A DNA stretch of 64,000 nt from Eubacteriales bacterium (GTDB lineage: Bacteria; Bacillota; Clostridia; Oscillospirales; CAG-382). Both the position numbers and the translations under genes were made by a program. Below the pieces are notes generated by a model. That model was not told the origin of the DNA and searched no databases. It saw only the letters and a program-made list of their open reading frames with translations. Location of the stretch: the NCBI GenBank assembly GCA_045587745.1, contig JAZNCU010000047.1, positions 76-64,075 on the forward strand, written 5' to 3'. Each line of letters opens with the position of its first letter. The first letter of the stretch is position 1. This document shows positions 17,503 to 26,085 of the stretch, piece by piece.

Positions 17503-18420
17503 ATGGATTTTCAGGAATTAAAAGCCAAGTACATACGCTACCGTAACATACGTCTTCAGAACAAAACTCAGTTTACGCGTTCCATCAACCGCAGTAAGGG
17601 CGGCGACGTAGGTATATTCATTATGCTTGCAATCGTTGCGGTTGTAATGGTACTGCCAATGGTGTACGCCATTTCTCAGTCACTCAAGCCGCTCGATGAG
17701 CTGTTTGTATTCCCGCCCAGGTTCCTTGTTAGGAATCCTACCATGAATAACTTCCGCGATCTGTTCAATCTTATGAACGATTCCTGGGTGCCTTTCTCGA
17801 GATACATATTCAACACCGTGCTTATCTCGGTAGGCGGTACCTTCGGTAACGTTATTCTTGCATCCTATGCGGCATACGCGCTCGCAAAAATCAAGTTCCC
17901 CGGCAGAAACTTCCTGTTTTCACTGGTTGTTTACTCCCTGATGTTCAACTCTCAGGTTACCGGCATCACCAACTTTATCACGATGTCGGCTCTCCGTTGG
18001 GTTGACTCCTATCTCGCAGTTATCGTACCTGCATGGTGCTATACCTTTGGTCTCTACCTCATGAAGCAGTTTATGGAAACCTCAGTTACCGACTCGGTTC
18101 TTGAGAGCGCAAGACTTGAGGGAGCAGGGGAGAACCTCATTTTCTGGAAGATAGCAATGCCGATGGTAAAACCTGCTTGGATCACTCTTATCATCTTTGC
18201 TTTCAAGGATCTGTGGAATATGGGCGCCAGCCTCTACATCTACAGCGAGCAGCTTAAAACATTCAACTACGCAATCAGCCAGCTGGTAACGGCAGGTATT
18301 GCACTCTCCGGTGTGTCGGCAGCTTCCACTGTATTGATGATGATTGTTCCTATCTTCGTATTCGTTATTACGCAGAGCAACGTTATCACTACGATGTCGA
18401 CCTCCGGTATGAAGGATTAA
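17503..18420 (+). CDS. Carbohydrate ABC transporter permease (MalG/LplC type)
   Basis: TM profile and EAA loop (LESARLEGAGENLIFWKIAMP). Starts 1 nt after the upstream stop. Confidence 0.9.
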   Translation: MDFQELKAKYIRYRNIRLQNKTQFTRSINRSKGGDVGIFIMLAIVAVVMVLPMVYAISQSLKPLDELFVFPPRFLVRNPTMNNFRDLFNLMNDSWVPFSRYIFNTVLISVGGTFGNVILASYAAYALAKIKFPGRNFLFSLVVYSLMFNSQVTGITNFITMSALRWVDSYLAVIVPAWCYTFGLYLMKQFMETSVTDSVLESARLEGAGENLIFWKIAMPMVKPAWITLIIFAFKDLWNMGASLYIYSEQLKTFNYAISQLVTAGIALSGVSAASTVLMMIVPIFVFVITQSNVITTMSTSGMKD

Positions 18421-18436
18421 GAGGGGAGGTTAATAT

Positions 18437-20647
18437 ATGAAGAAAAGAATATTAAGCGCACTTCTTATATGCCTCGCACTCGTTGTCCTTCTCGGCACAG
18501 TAACTGTTTCGGCTATCGTTCCTTATACGTCTTATACATATAACGTATTCGGCTTTATGGCACAAAGCCCCCACGCATACGTGCCTCTTACGATTGTTGA
18601 CAGCACGACCATTTCCTTCTCGGTCACTGACGAGGGTGATGCAAGTGACAACGCAAAGCTTCTTTACGGTGACGGCGCAACCTTTACCGGTCTCGATTCG
18701 CCCAAAGATGTATTTGTTGATGATCTCAACAACCTTTACATTGCGAATACCGGTAAGAATCAGGTTGTAGTTCTTGACGAGGGATACAATCTCCGTCTCG
18801 TAATCAGCACGTTTACCAACCAGTTCGGTGTACCTGATGCACTTTCTTCTCCCAGCGGTATTTTTGTTACCGATAACGAGATTTTTGTTGCCGACACCGA
18901 TAACTCCCGTATTGTTGTTTTCGACAAGCTCGGTAATTTTGTACACATCGTTCCCCAGCCCGAGAGCGAGGTGCTTCCTGAGGGAACCGTATACAGACCT
19001 GTTGCTGTTTCGGTTGACCATGCAGGACGTATCTACGTTGTTGCATCCTCGGTGAACTACGGCGTAATTTCTCTTAACCGTGACGGCTCCTTCAACGGAT
19101 TTATCGGTCCTCAGAAGGTTACCTACAACGCTTGGGAATACTTTATGCGAATGTTCAAAACAGCCGAGCAGCTCGAGGCGAGCGAAAAACAGGTTTCCAC
19201 CGAGTTTAACAACCTCACCATCGACGCTGAGGGCTTCCTCTACGTTACGACCAACTCTATCGATGAGGGTCAGATGGGTGCTGCTATCAAAGGAAACGAC
19301 AAATCCGGTGACTATGCTCCCGTTAAAAAGCTCAATCCCAGCGGTACCGACGTTATGAAGCGCGAGGGATTCTGGCCGCCTTCCGGTGAGGTCGATTTCC
19401 AGAACTTTGCTTCTGCTGAGTTTACGGTAAGCGGTCCTTCCTCTATCGTTGACGTTGCTCTCGGTCCCAACAATACCTGGAGTATTATCGACCAAAAGCG
19501 CAGCAGAGTATTTACCTACGATTCCAACGGTAACCTTCTCCACGTTTTTGGTGATACAGGTAGCCAGATCGGTAATATTACTAACCTCGTTGCTATCGAC
19601 TATCAAGGCACAAATATGCTTCTCCTTGACAGATCGAATAACAATATCACGGTTTACAAGCGTACCGAGTATGGCGATCTTCTTGCTCAGGCTATTCAGA
19701 ACAGCGAGGATAAAAACTACGATAAGGCTGTTGAATACTATATCGCTATTCTTCAGCGCAACAATAACTATGATACCGCTTACGTAGGCATCGCGGACAG
19801 CTTGTACCGTGACGGTGAGTACGTTCAGGCAATGAAGTACTACAAATACGCCTACAATACCGAGGATTATTCCGAGGCTTACCAGGCATATCGTAAGATA
19901 TGGATGGAGGAGAATATCTGGCTGATCCCCTTGGTTCTTATCGTTCTCTTGGTTGCGATTACTAAATTCTTCAAATATGCCAACAAGGTTAACAGGAGAA
20001 TGCGCAAGCTCGACGAGAAGACAACGTTCTGGCAAGAGATTCTTTACGGCTTCCATGTAATCTTCCACCCGTTTGACGGCTTCTGGGATCTCAAGTTTGA
20101 GAAACGCGGTTCGTTCAGAGGCGCCTGCTTCTGGCTGCTCATTACTGCACTTACATTTGTGTATAAGGCAGCCGGTGTTGGATATCTTTCCAACCCCACC
20201 GATGCAGCCCCGAATTACTTTATAAACGCTATTTCGATGGTTCTTCCCGTTATCCTTTGGGTTGTTGCAAACTGGTGTCTTACCACACTGTTTGACGGTG
20301 AGGGAAGCATGAAGGACGTATTCATTACTACCTGCTATGCTCTCGTTCCGCTGCCTATGATCCACATTCCCTGCGTAATGCTTTCCAACGTTATGACGGC
20401 AAGCGAGCTTGAAATGCTTGACATGGCAGCAAGCTTTGCAATGATCTGGTTCGTAATGCTCGTGTTCTTCGGCATGATGGTTATTCACGATTACTCGATC
20501 ATTAAGAACTTCATAACAGCATTGTTCTCGCTCGTGGGAATTGCACTTATCATGTTTATTGCATCGCTCTTCTCGTTCCTTCTTACCAAGCTCTACACGT
20601 TCTTCTTCAACATCTACGTTGAGATTGAACCCCGAATTACATCGTAG
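18437..20647 (+). CDS. Signal peptide, NHL-repeat beta-propeller, TPR segment and C-terminal Yip1-like multi-TM domain
   Basis: Repeats of the type VFVDDLNNLYIANTGKNQVVVLD and GIFVTDNEIFVADTDNSRIVVFD. TPR-like YDKAVEYYIAILQRNNNYDTAYVGIADSLYRDGEYVQAMKYYKYA. About five TM helices in the last ~230 aa. Confidence 0.65.
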   Translation: MKKRILSALLICLALVVLLGTVTVSAIVPYTSYTYNVFGFMAQSPHAYVPLTIVDSTTISFSVTDEGDASDNAKLLYGDGATFTGLDSPKDVFVDDLNNLYIANTGKNQVVVLDEGYNLRLVISTFTNQFGVPDALSSPSGIFVTDNEIFVADTDNSRIVVFDKLGNFVHIVPQPESEVLPEGTVYRPVAVSVDHAGRIYVVASSVNYGVISLNRDGSFNGFIGPQKVTYNAWEYFMRMFKTAEQLEASEKQVSTEFNNLTIDAEGFLYVTTNSIDEGQMGAAIKGNDKSGDYAPVKKLNPSGTDVMKREGFWPPSGEVDFQNFASAEFTVSGPSSIVDVALGPNNTWSIIDQKRSRVFTYDSNGNLLHVFGDTGSQIGNITNLVAIDYQGTNMLLLDRSNNNITVYKRTEYGDLLAQAIQNSEDKNYDKAVEYYIAILQRNNNYDTAYVGIADSLYRDGEYVQAMKYYKYAYNTEDYSEAYQAYRKIWMEENIWLIPLVLIVLLVAITKFFKYANKVNRRMRKLDEKTTFWQEILYGFHVIFHPFDGFWDLKFEKRGSFRGACFWLLITALTFVYKAAGVGYLSNPTDAAPNYFINAISMVLPVILWVVANWCLTTLFDGEGSMKDVFITTCYALVPLPMIHIPCVMLSNVMTASELEMLDMAASFAMIWFVMLVFFGMMVIHDYSIIKNFITALFSLVGIALIMFIASLFSFLLTKLYTFFFNIYVEIEPRITS

Positions 20648-20665
20648 AAAGGAGTGTAATTAATA

Positions 20666-23611
20666 ATGAAAACTAAATTTTTGAGATTAATCGCACTTAC
20701 TCTCTGCGTGCTTATGCTTATGTCTTCGCTACTCTCGCTCACCGCACTTGCTGAAGAATCTGCTGCAAGTGACAGCGAAGAGTCCGAGGATGTCGATATT
20801 TGGGAGACTCTTAAGCCTGCATATATGGCTACGGCATATACCTCTATCACCGATAGAATGAAAGGTGACGATGTTATCGCTCCTATGGAATGCTTCTGCG
20901 TGATCGACGGATACGCATTCTACGGCGATCGTCTTACCGGTGAGATGGTTTTCCTTAAGCTCACCGATCCCACTCTTACCAAAGAGGCTATCGATGAAAG
21001 CGGTGAGATTCCCGAATACACCGCATATTACAGCACCAACCCCTATAATATCGGCTCTGCTTCTGCTCTCGGCAGCACTCAGTCTACTGCCGCTACCGAG
21101 AAGGAAAAGCTCTATTCTCAGATCATTATCAAGTATTCTGAGAATGATAAAGACTCCGAGATGAACTCCTTTGCTTCTGCTGCTGTCAACGATCAGATCA
21201 CTGTTAAGAATATTCGTAACGGTGTCCGTGTTGAATATACCATCGGACGTGAAGAGGTAAAATATCTCGTTCCCCGTCTTATCAGAGCTGAGAAGTTCCT
21301 TGCCCTTAAGGAACAGATTGCTACCAACTCGACCTCCAAGCGTGATGCCGAGGTGTTCAATGCATTCTATCAGGAAAAGGACCTTGATAAGGCCTCCACG
21401 ACAAAGAGCCGTGAGGAAATGAAGGCTGCATATCCCATCACCGAGCAGTTCCCTGTTTACGTATGTGAGCCTATTATTTCAACTCAGGAGCTCCTTCGTC
21501 TTGAGCGCTTAGTTAAATCCTATACCGATTATGACTACGAAACTCTTGATGCCGACCACGCCGAGACTGATTACGTCGCTGCCGATAAGGTTCCTCCGCT
21601 GTTCAAGATGGCTCTTGAATATAAGGTTGACGGCGATGAGATCACTATCCGCTGCAAGGCGGGTAATATCCGTTTCGACTCGTCTGTTTACAAGCTTTCC
21701 GACGTTATAATCCTCCCGTACGGCGGAGCCGGTGACTGCAACAATAGCGGTTACATCTTCTCTCCCGACGGATCGGGCTCGTTGCTCGACTTCTCCGATT
21801 TCTCCAGCTCGTTCACGTATAGCACAAGCCTTTACGGTCAGGACTACGTATATCACACCATTACCGGTGCGCATATGGAGGTAGCAAGACTTCCCGTTTA
21901 CGGCGTATACCAGAAGGTTGAGAACAACTCCACCGCTTTGGAAGAGGTTCCCGTGCTTGATGAGAACGGTGAGCAGACCTACGATGAAGAGGGTAACCCC
22001 GTTACCGAGCTCGTAGAGGTTTCGGTACCTCTCGAGATCGCTTATCTCGCAGTAATCGAGAGCGGCGCATCGCTTGCAAGCGTAAACATTATGTATGGCG
22101 GTGCACTTCATATGTATGCTTCCGTATATACCTCGTTTAACCCGAGACCCAAGGACTCCTATATCCTTGACGGCGGTATTTCGGCAGGCACTAACGCTAT
22201 GTGGACGGTTGAGTCCAAGCGTAAGTACACCGGCGATTATACTATCAGACTGTTCATCCTTGACGGTACCGAGGACGGCGACGTTGCTCCCGGTATCGGC
22301 GATGCAGATAAATCCTACTCGGATATGGCGGCTGCTTACCGTGAGTATCTTACCGGTACGGGCGTTCTTACTCCTGTTGAGGATACAAAGGATGACATTC
22401 CTCTCTACATTGAGACACTTGGTGCTATTCTTACAAACCGTGAGATACTCGGTATTCCTTACGAGACTGCAGTTGCAATGACCTCCTTCCAGGATGACAT
22501 TGATATGCTCACTCTCCTCAAGGGCGAGTACGATATCGACAACGTTAAGCTCATTCTTTCGGGCTGGTGCAACGATGGACTTATTCCTTACGTTCCCAAC
22601 GATATCGATATCGAAAAGGCTCTTGGCGGCGAGGAAGGATTTAAGGCACTTATCGAGTACTGTAAGGCAAACAATATAGATCTGTTCCCTGAGCTTGAGT
22701 TTGCAATTGCGTACCGTGATCTCTCCTTCGACGGCTTTGATCAGGATGAGGATCTTTCTCAGACTATCGACGATCGTTCCGCTATTATGAAAGAATATGA
22801 TCCTGTATGGCAGGGCTTTATCAGATCCGGTATGGGCGTTATCTCTCCCTCGTATATGAAAAAGCTTTATGCTAATGCAAGCGAGGAATACAATCAGTAC
22901 AACGTAGGCGGAATCGCAGTTCCCAGTCTTGGTCAGTATCTGTCGTCTGACTTTAATACCGATAATCCTCTTACTCGTGAGGATTCCAGGATTCTCGTTA
23001 CTCAGCTTCTTGAGGCTATCGACGGTCATAACGATAAGGTTCTTATCGCAGGCGGTAACGACTATGCACTTCCTTATGCTACCGATCTGATCGATGTTCC
23101 TCTTGATGACTCCCGTTATAAGTATTCCTACGCATCCATACCCTTTATGAGTATGGTGCTTCACGGAAGCAAGCAGTATACCGGTACGGCACTTAACCTC
23201 GCCGGTGACCTTGATTATCAGGTGCTCAAGACTATTGAGAGCGGCGCATCGCCCTACTTTGTAGTTGCTGTTAACAACACGTCCGAGCTCAAGCAGTATA
23301 CCTATTCTTCTGTTTCGCAGTACTATTCGGTACGTTACAGCATCTGGCTCGCTGATATCATCGTTACCTACCGTCAGATCAATGAAGCTCTTTGTGACGT
23401 TCAGGATTCTTATATCCTCAAGCACGATATCCTTTCCTCCGACGGAAACGTTGTTAAGGTTACCTATGCTAACGGCATCAGCTTCTATATCAACTACAAC
23501 ATTACCGATTACGTTGTTAACGATGGCGGTGTTGAGTATGAATTGCCTGCAGAAGGATTCGTTAAGGTTTCTGCTGACGGCACAATTGTGATGAAAGGAG
23601 ACAGTGACTAA
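20666..23611 (+). CDS. Large secreted protein of unknown function (possibly a glycosidase-like barrel; DUF5696-like from memory only)
   Basis: 981 aa with signal peptide LSLTALAEE and RBS AAAGGAG. Central segment LILSGWCNDGLIPYVP...FKALIEYCKANNIDLFPELEF resembles a (beta/alpha)8 sugar-active fold. I can place no catalytic motif. Confidence 0.55.
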   Translation: MKTKFLRLIALTLCVLMLMSSLLSLTALAEESAASDSEESEDVDIWETLKPAYMATAYTSITDRMKGDDVIAPMECFCVIDGYAFYGDRLTGEMVFLKLTDPTLTKEAIDESGEIPEYTAYYSTNPYNIGSASALGSTQSTAATEKEKLYSQIIIKYSENDKDSEMNSFASAAVNDQITVKNIRNGVRVEYTIGREEVKYLVPRLIRAEKFLALKEQIATNSTSKRDAEVFNAFYQEKDLDKASTTKSREEMKAAYPITEQFPVYVCEPIISTQELLRLERLVKSYTDYDYETLDADHAETDYVAADKVPPLFKMALEYKVDGDEITIRCKAGNIRFDSSVYKLSDVIILPYGGAGDCNNSGYIFSPDGSGSLLDFSDFSSSFTYSTSLYGQDYVYHTITGAHMEVARLPVYGVYQKVENNSTALEEVPVLDENGEQTYDEEGNPVTELVEVSVPLEIAYLAVIESGASLASVNIMYGGALHMYASVYTSFNPRPKDSYILDGGISAGTNAMWTVESKRKYTGDYTIRLFILDGTEDGDVAPGIGDADKSYSDMAAAYREYLTGTGVLTPVEDTKDDIPLYIETLGAILTNREILGIPYETAVAMTSFQDDIDMLTLLKGEYDIDNVKLILSGWCNDGLIPYVPNDIDIEKALGGEEGFKALIEYCKANNIDLFPELEFAIAYRDLSFDGFDQDEDLSQTIDDRSAIMKEYDPVWQGFIRSGMGVISPSYMKKLYANASEEYNQYNVGGIAVPSLGQYLSSDFNTDNPLTREDSRILVTQLLEAIDGHNDKVLIAGGNDYALPYATDLIDVPLDDSRYKYSYASIPFMSMVLHGSKQYTGTALNLAGDLDYQVLKTIESGASPYFVVAVNNTSELKQYTYSSVSQYYSVRYSIWLADIIVTYRQINEALCDVQDSYILKHDILSSDGNVVKVTYANGISFYINYNITDYVVNDGGVEYELPAEGFVKVSADGTIVMKGDSD

Positions 23612-24597
23612 TGAGTAAAGAAGCAACAGTAAACACTTCTCCCGCAGTCAAGGTAAAAAAGAAGAGAAAAGCCGCATCGCTTGATGTTCAAAAATCCCGT
23701 ATGGGTTGGCTTTTCGTAGCACCGTTCCTTATAGGCTTCGTCCTTGTTTATCTTCCTATGATCTTCGATTCCCTCCGCTATTCCTTCGGTACCATCGTGC
23801 GTGGTGTCGGCGGCGCGGCTTCCACAGTTGAGTGGGTTGGACTCGAAAACTATCAGCATGCTCTTGCCGGCGATCCGGAGTTCTCGACCATACTTATAAC
23901 CAGTATCAAGGAGCTTCTGTTTAACGTTCCCGCGATAGTTATCTTCTCGTTGTTTATGGCAGTAATGCTCAACCAGAAGATGCACGGCAGAGCAGTGTTC
24001 CGTGCAATATTCTTTATCCCTGTTATCGTGTCTACCGGTATTATTGAGTCTATCGACCTTCAGAATACCCTTGCCGAGAATATGGAGAATATGAACACTA
24101 CAGGAACCGAGCTTGATACAGGAGATTCCGGCAACAATATTATTAACGTAATGGATATCCAGGGGCTGTTCCAGGGAATGGCGATAGGCGGAGGACTTGT
24201 AAGCTATGTTGTAACGATTGTTAACGACGTTTACGGTATTGTTGGAAAATCAGGTGTACAGATGCTTATATTCCTTGCAGGTCTGCAGTCAATCTCTCCT
24301 GCAATTTATGAGTCCTGCTACATCGACGGTGCTTCCGCTTGGGAGACCTTCTGGAAGATCACATTCCCGATGATCAGTCCTATGATTCTCGTTAATGCCG
24401 TGTATACGGTTATCGACTCGTTTACATCGCAGTCGAACAGCGTAATGAGCTATATTTCGTCCGTATATAACGGAGCGAACGGCCGTGAGCATGCAACGGC
24501 AATGGCTTGGATCTACTTTGTTCTGGTAGTGCTTATCTTGCTTGTAGTAGCAGGTGTAATACGTGCATACGTCTTCTACCAGAGAAAAGATGTTTAA
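23611..24597 (+). CDS. Carbohydrate ABC transporter permease (MalF type), second pair
   Basis: TM profile and EAA loop (YESCYIDGASAWETFWKITFP). TAATG overlap with the upstream gene. Confidence 0.88.
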   Translation: MSKEATVNTSPAVKVKKKRKAASLDVQKSRMGWLFVAPFLIGFVLVYLPMIFDSLRYSFGTIVRGVGGAASTVEWVGLENYQHALAGDPEFSTILITSIKELLFNVPAIVIFSLFMAVMLNQKMHGRAVFRAIFFIPVIVSTGIIESIDLQNTLAENMENMNTTGTELDTGDSGNNIINVMDIQGLFQGMAIGGGLVSYVVTIVNDVYGIVGKSGVQMLIFLAGLQSISPAIYESCYIDGASAWETFWKITFPMISPMILVNAVYTVIDSFTSQSNSVMSYISSVYNGANGREHATAMAWIYFVLVVLILLVVAGVIRAYVFYQRKDV

Positions 24598-24615
24598 GGA
24601 AGGGAGGGTATTTAA

Positions 24616-25680
24616 TTGGATCTTTCTACAATGACCAAACAGGAATTGAAGGAATACAAAAATCAGCAAAAGCGCGAGGAAGCTCTCCGCCGTATCAGAG
24701 CACAGGAAAAAACTCCGTTCTGGATGCGAATGCGATACAAATACCTCACCTTTTACTTCCTTAAAAAGCTCACATGGTCGATCTTCAGATTCATCCTTCT
24801 TGTCGGTATCTCCTACGTAATCATCTTCCCGTATATTTCAAAAATTGCGGGTTCGTTTATGAGCAGAGAGGACTTTACCGATGTTCAGGTGCTTCTGATC
24901 GCAAAATACCCCACGCTCGACACGTATAAGGCTATTATCCGTGATAATGGGTATTTCAGAGCACTGCTTAATACTACAACGCTCTCACTGCTTTGCGGTA
25001 TTTCGCAGACCTTAATATGCTCTATCGTCGGCTACGGATTTGCAAAGTTTAAGTTCAAATTCAAAGGCATCCTGTTTGCCTGTGTTCTGTTCACTATGAT
25101 CGTTCCTCACGAGACTATTCAGCTCTCGATGTTTATGACGTTCAACAATATTGACAGATTCGGAATTCTTGACCTTTTGCTTGTAAAGACCGGCGTTATA
25201 AAAGAGATTCCCACCTTGCTTAATACGTATTGGCCTTGGGTAATACTTTCGCTTACCGGACTTGCGCTAAAGAACGGACTGTTCATATATATTATGAGAC
25301 AGTACTTCAACGGCGTACCCGATGAGCTCGAGGAAGCAGCCTACGTTGACGGAGCAGGAATTATCAAGACCTTCGTACAGATCATTCTTCCTATGTCTGT
25401 TCCGATGATGGTAACGATATTCATGTTCTCGTTCTCGTGGCAGTGGTCGGATACCTTCTACACCAACCTCTTCTTCGTTAGCTCCAAAGCGCCCATACTT
25501 ATGCCCGATATCGTTAAAATCCCCACCTCTCTTGATACAGACTACGTTTCGCAAACCGCATATGAGGCTGCGATCCGTAACACCTGCGGACTTCTTATAC
25601 TGCTTCCGCTGGTTATCATCTATCTGTTTGCGCAGAGAACTCTTATTGAGGGTGTTGAACGAAGCGGTATTACCGGTTAA
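24616..25680 (+). CDS. Carbohydrate ABC transporter permease (MalG type) with a charged N-terminal extension, second pair
   Basis: TTG start 7 nt after GGGAGGG. EAA loop (EEAAYVDGAGIIKTFVQIILP). Confidence 0.85.
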   Translation: MDLSTMTKQELKEYKNQQKREEALRRIRAQEKTPFWMRMRYKYLTFYFLKKLTWSIFRFILLVGISYVIIFPYISKIAGSFMSREDFTDVQVLLIAKYPTLDTYKAIIRDNGYFRALLNTTTLSLLCGISQTLICSIVGYGFAKFKFKFKGILFACVLFTMIVPHETIQLSMFMTFNNIDRFGILDLLLVKTGVIKEIPTLLNTYWPWVILSLTGLALKNGLFIYIMRQYFNGVPDELEEAAYVDGAGIIKTFVQIILPMSVPMMVTIFMFSFSWQWSDTFYTNLFFVSSKAPILMPDIVKIPTSLDTDYVSQTAYEAAIRNTCGLLILLPLVIIYLFAQRTLIEGVERSGITG

Positions 25681-25696
25681 TAGGTTGTACTTAATG

Positions 25697-25727
25697 AAAA
25701 AGGACTACGTCAATGTAGTCCTTTTTT
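25697..25727. terminator. Bidirectional terminator between the ABC operon and the spoVA operon
   Basis: Stem AGGACTAC / GTAGTCCT (25701-25722), flanked by AAAA on one side and TTTTT on the other. Confidence 0.7.
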
Positions 25728-25731
25728 GTTG

Positions 25732-26085
25732 TTATTTTTGCTTACTTTTGAATATAATCGACCACAAAAGCGATAAAAAGAGGGCAGTGGTGATGCCTGC
25801 GGCGGTACCCTTCAAGCCACCGGAGATTACTCCTATGAGCCCGTTTGCATCAACCGCTTCCTTTACTCCCTTCGCGAGTGAGTATCCAAACCCCGTCAGA
25901 GGTACTGTGGCGCCCGCAGACGCAAAATCTGCAATAGGTGCATAAATACCCAGACCGGCAAGTATAACGCCGCTTACGACATATCCTGTCAGTATACGTG
26001 CGCCCGTGAGCTTTGTTTTATCGATAAGGATCTGTGCAGGTATACATATTAGTCCACCTATCAGGAATGCATATAAATAGTTCAT
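25732..26085 (-). CDS. spoVAEB: Stage V sporulation protein AE (SpoVAEb)
   Basis: 117-aa membrane protein (GLICIPAQILID...TVPLTGFGYSLAKG), directly downstream of spoVAD. Confidence 0.85.
   Translation of the reverse strand: MNYLYAFLIGGLICIPAQILIDKTKLTGARILTGYVVSGVILAGLGIYAPIADFASAGATVPLTGFGYSLAKGVKEAVDANGLIGVISGGLKGTAAGITTALFLSLLWSIIFKSKQK

Noticed and set aside
18452-20488. 678-aa antisense ORF opposite the NHL-TPR-Yip1 gene. There are similar ones at 21509-23626 (705 aa), 41949-43769 (606 aa), 2824-4095 (423 aa), 1555-2202, 13042-13575 and 52841-53611.
   Set aside because: All are mirror-strand ORFs within genes that have clear domain content and operon context. None has a recognisable motif, signal sequence or Shine-Dalgarno sequence.
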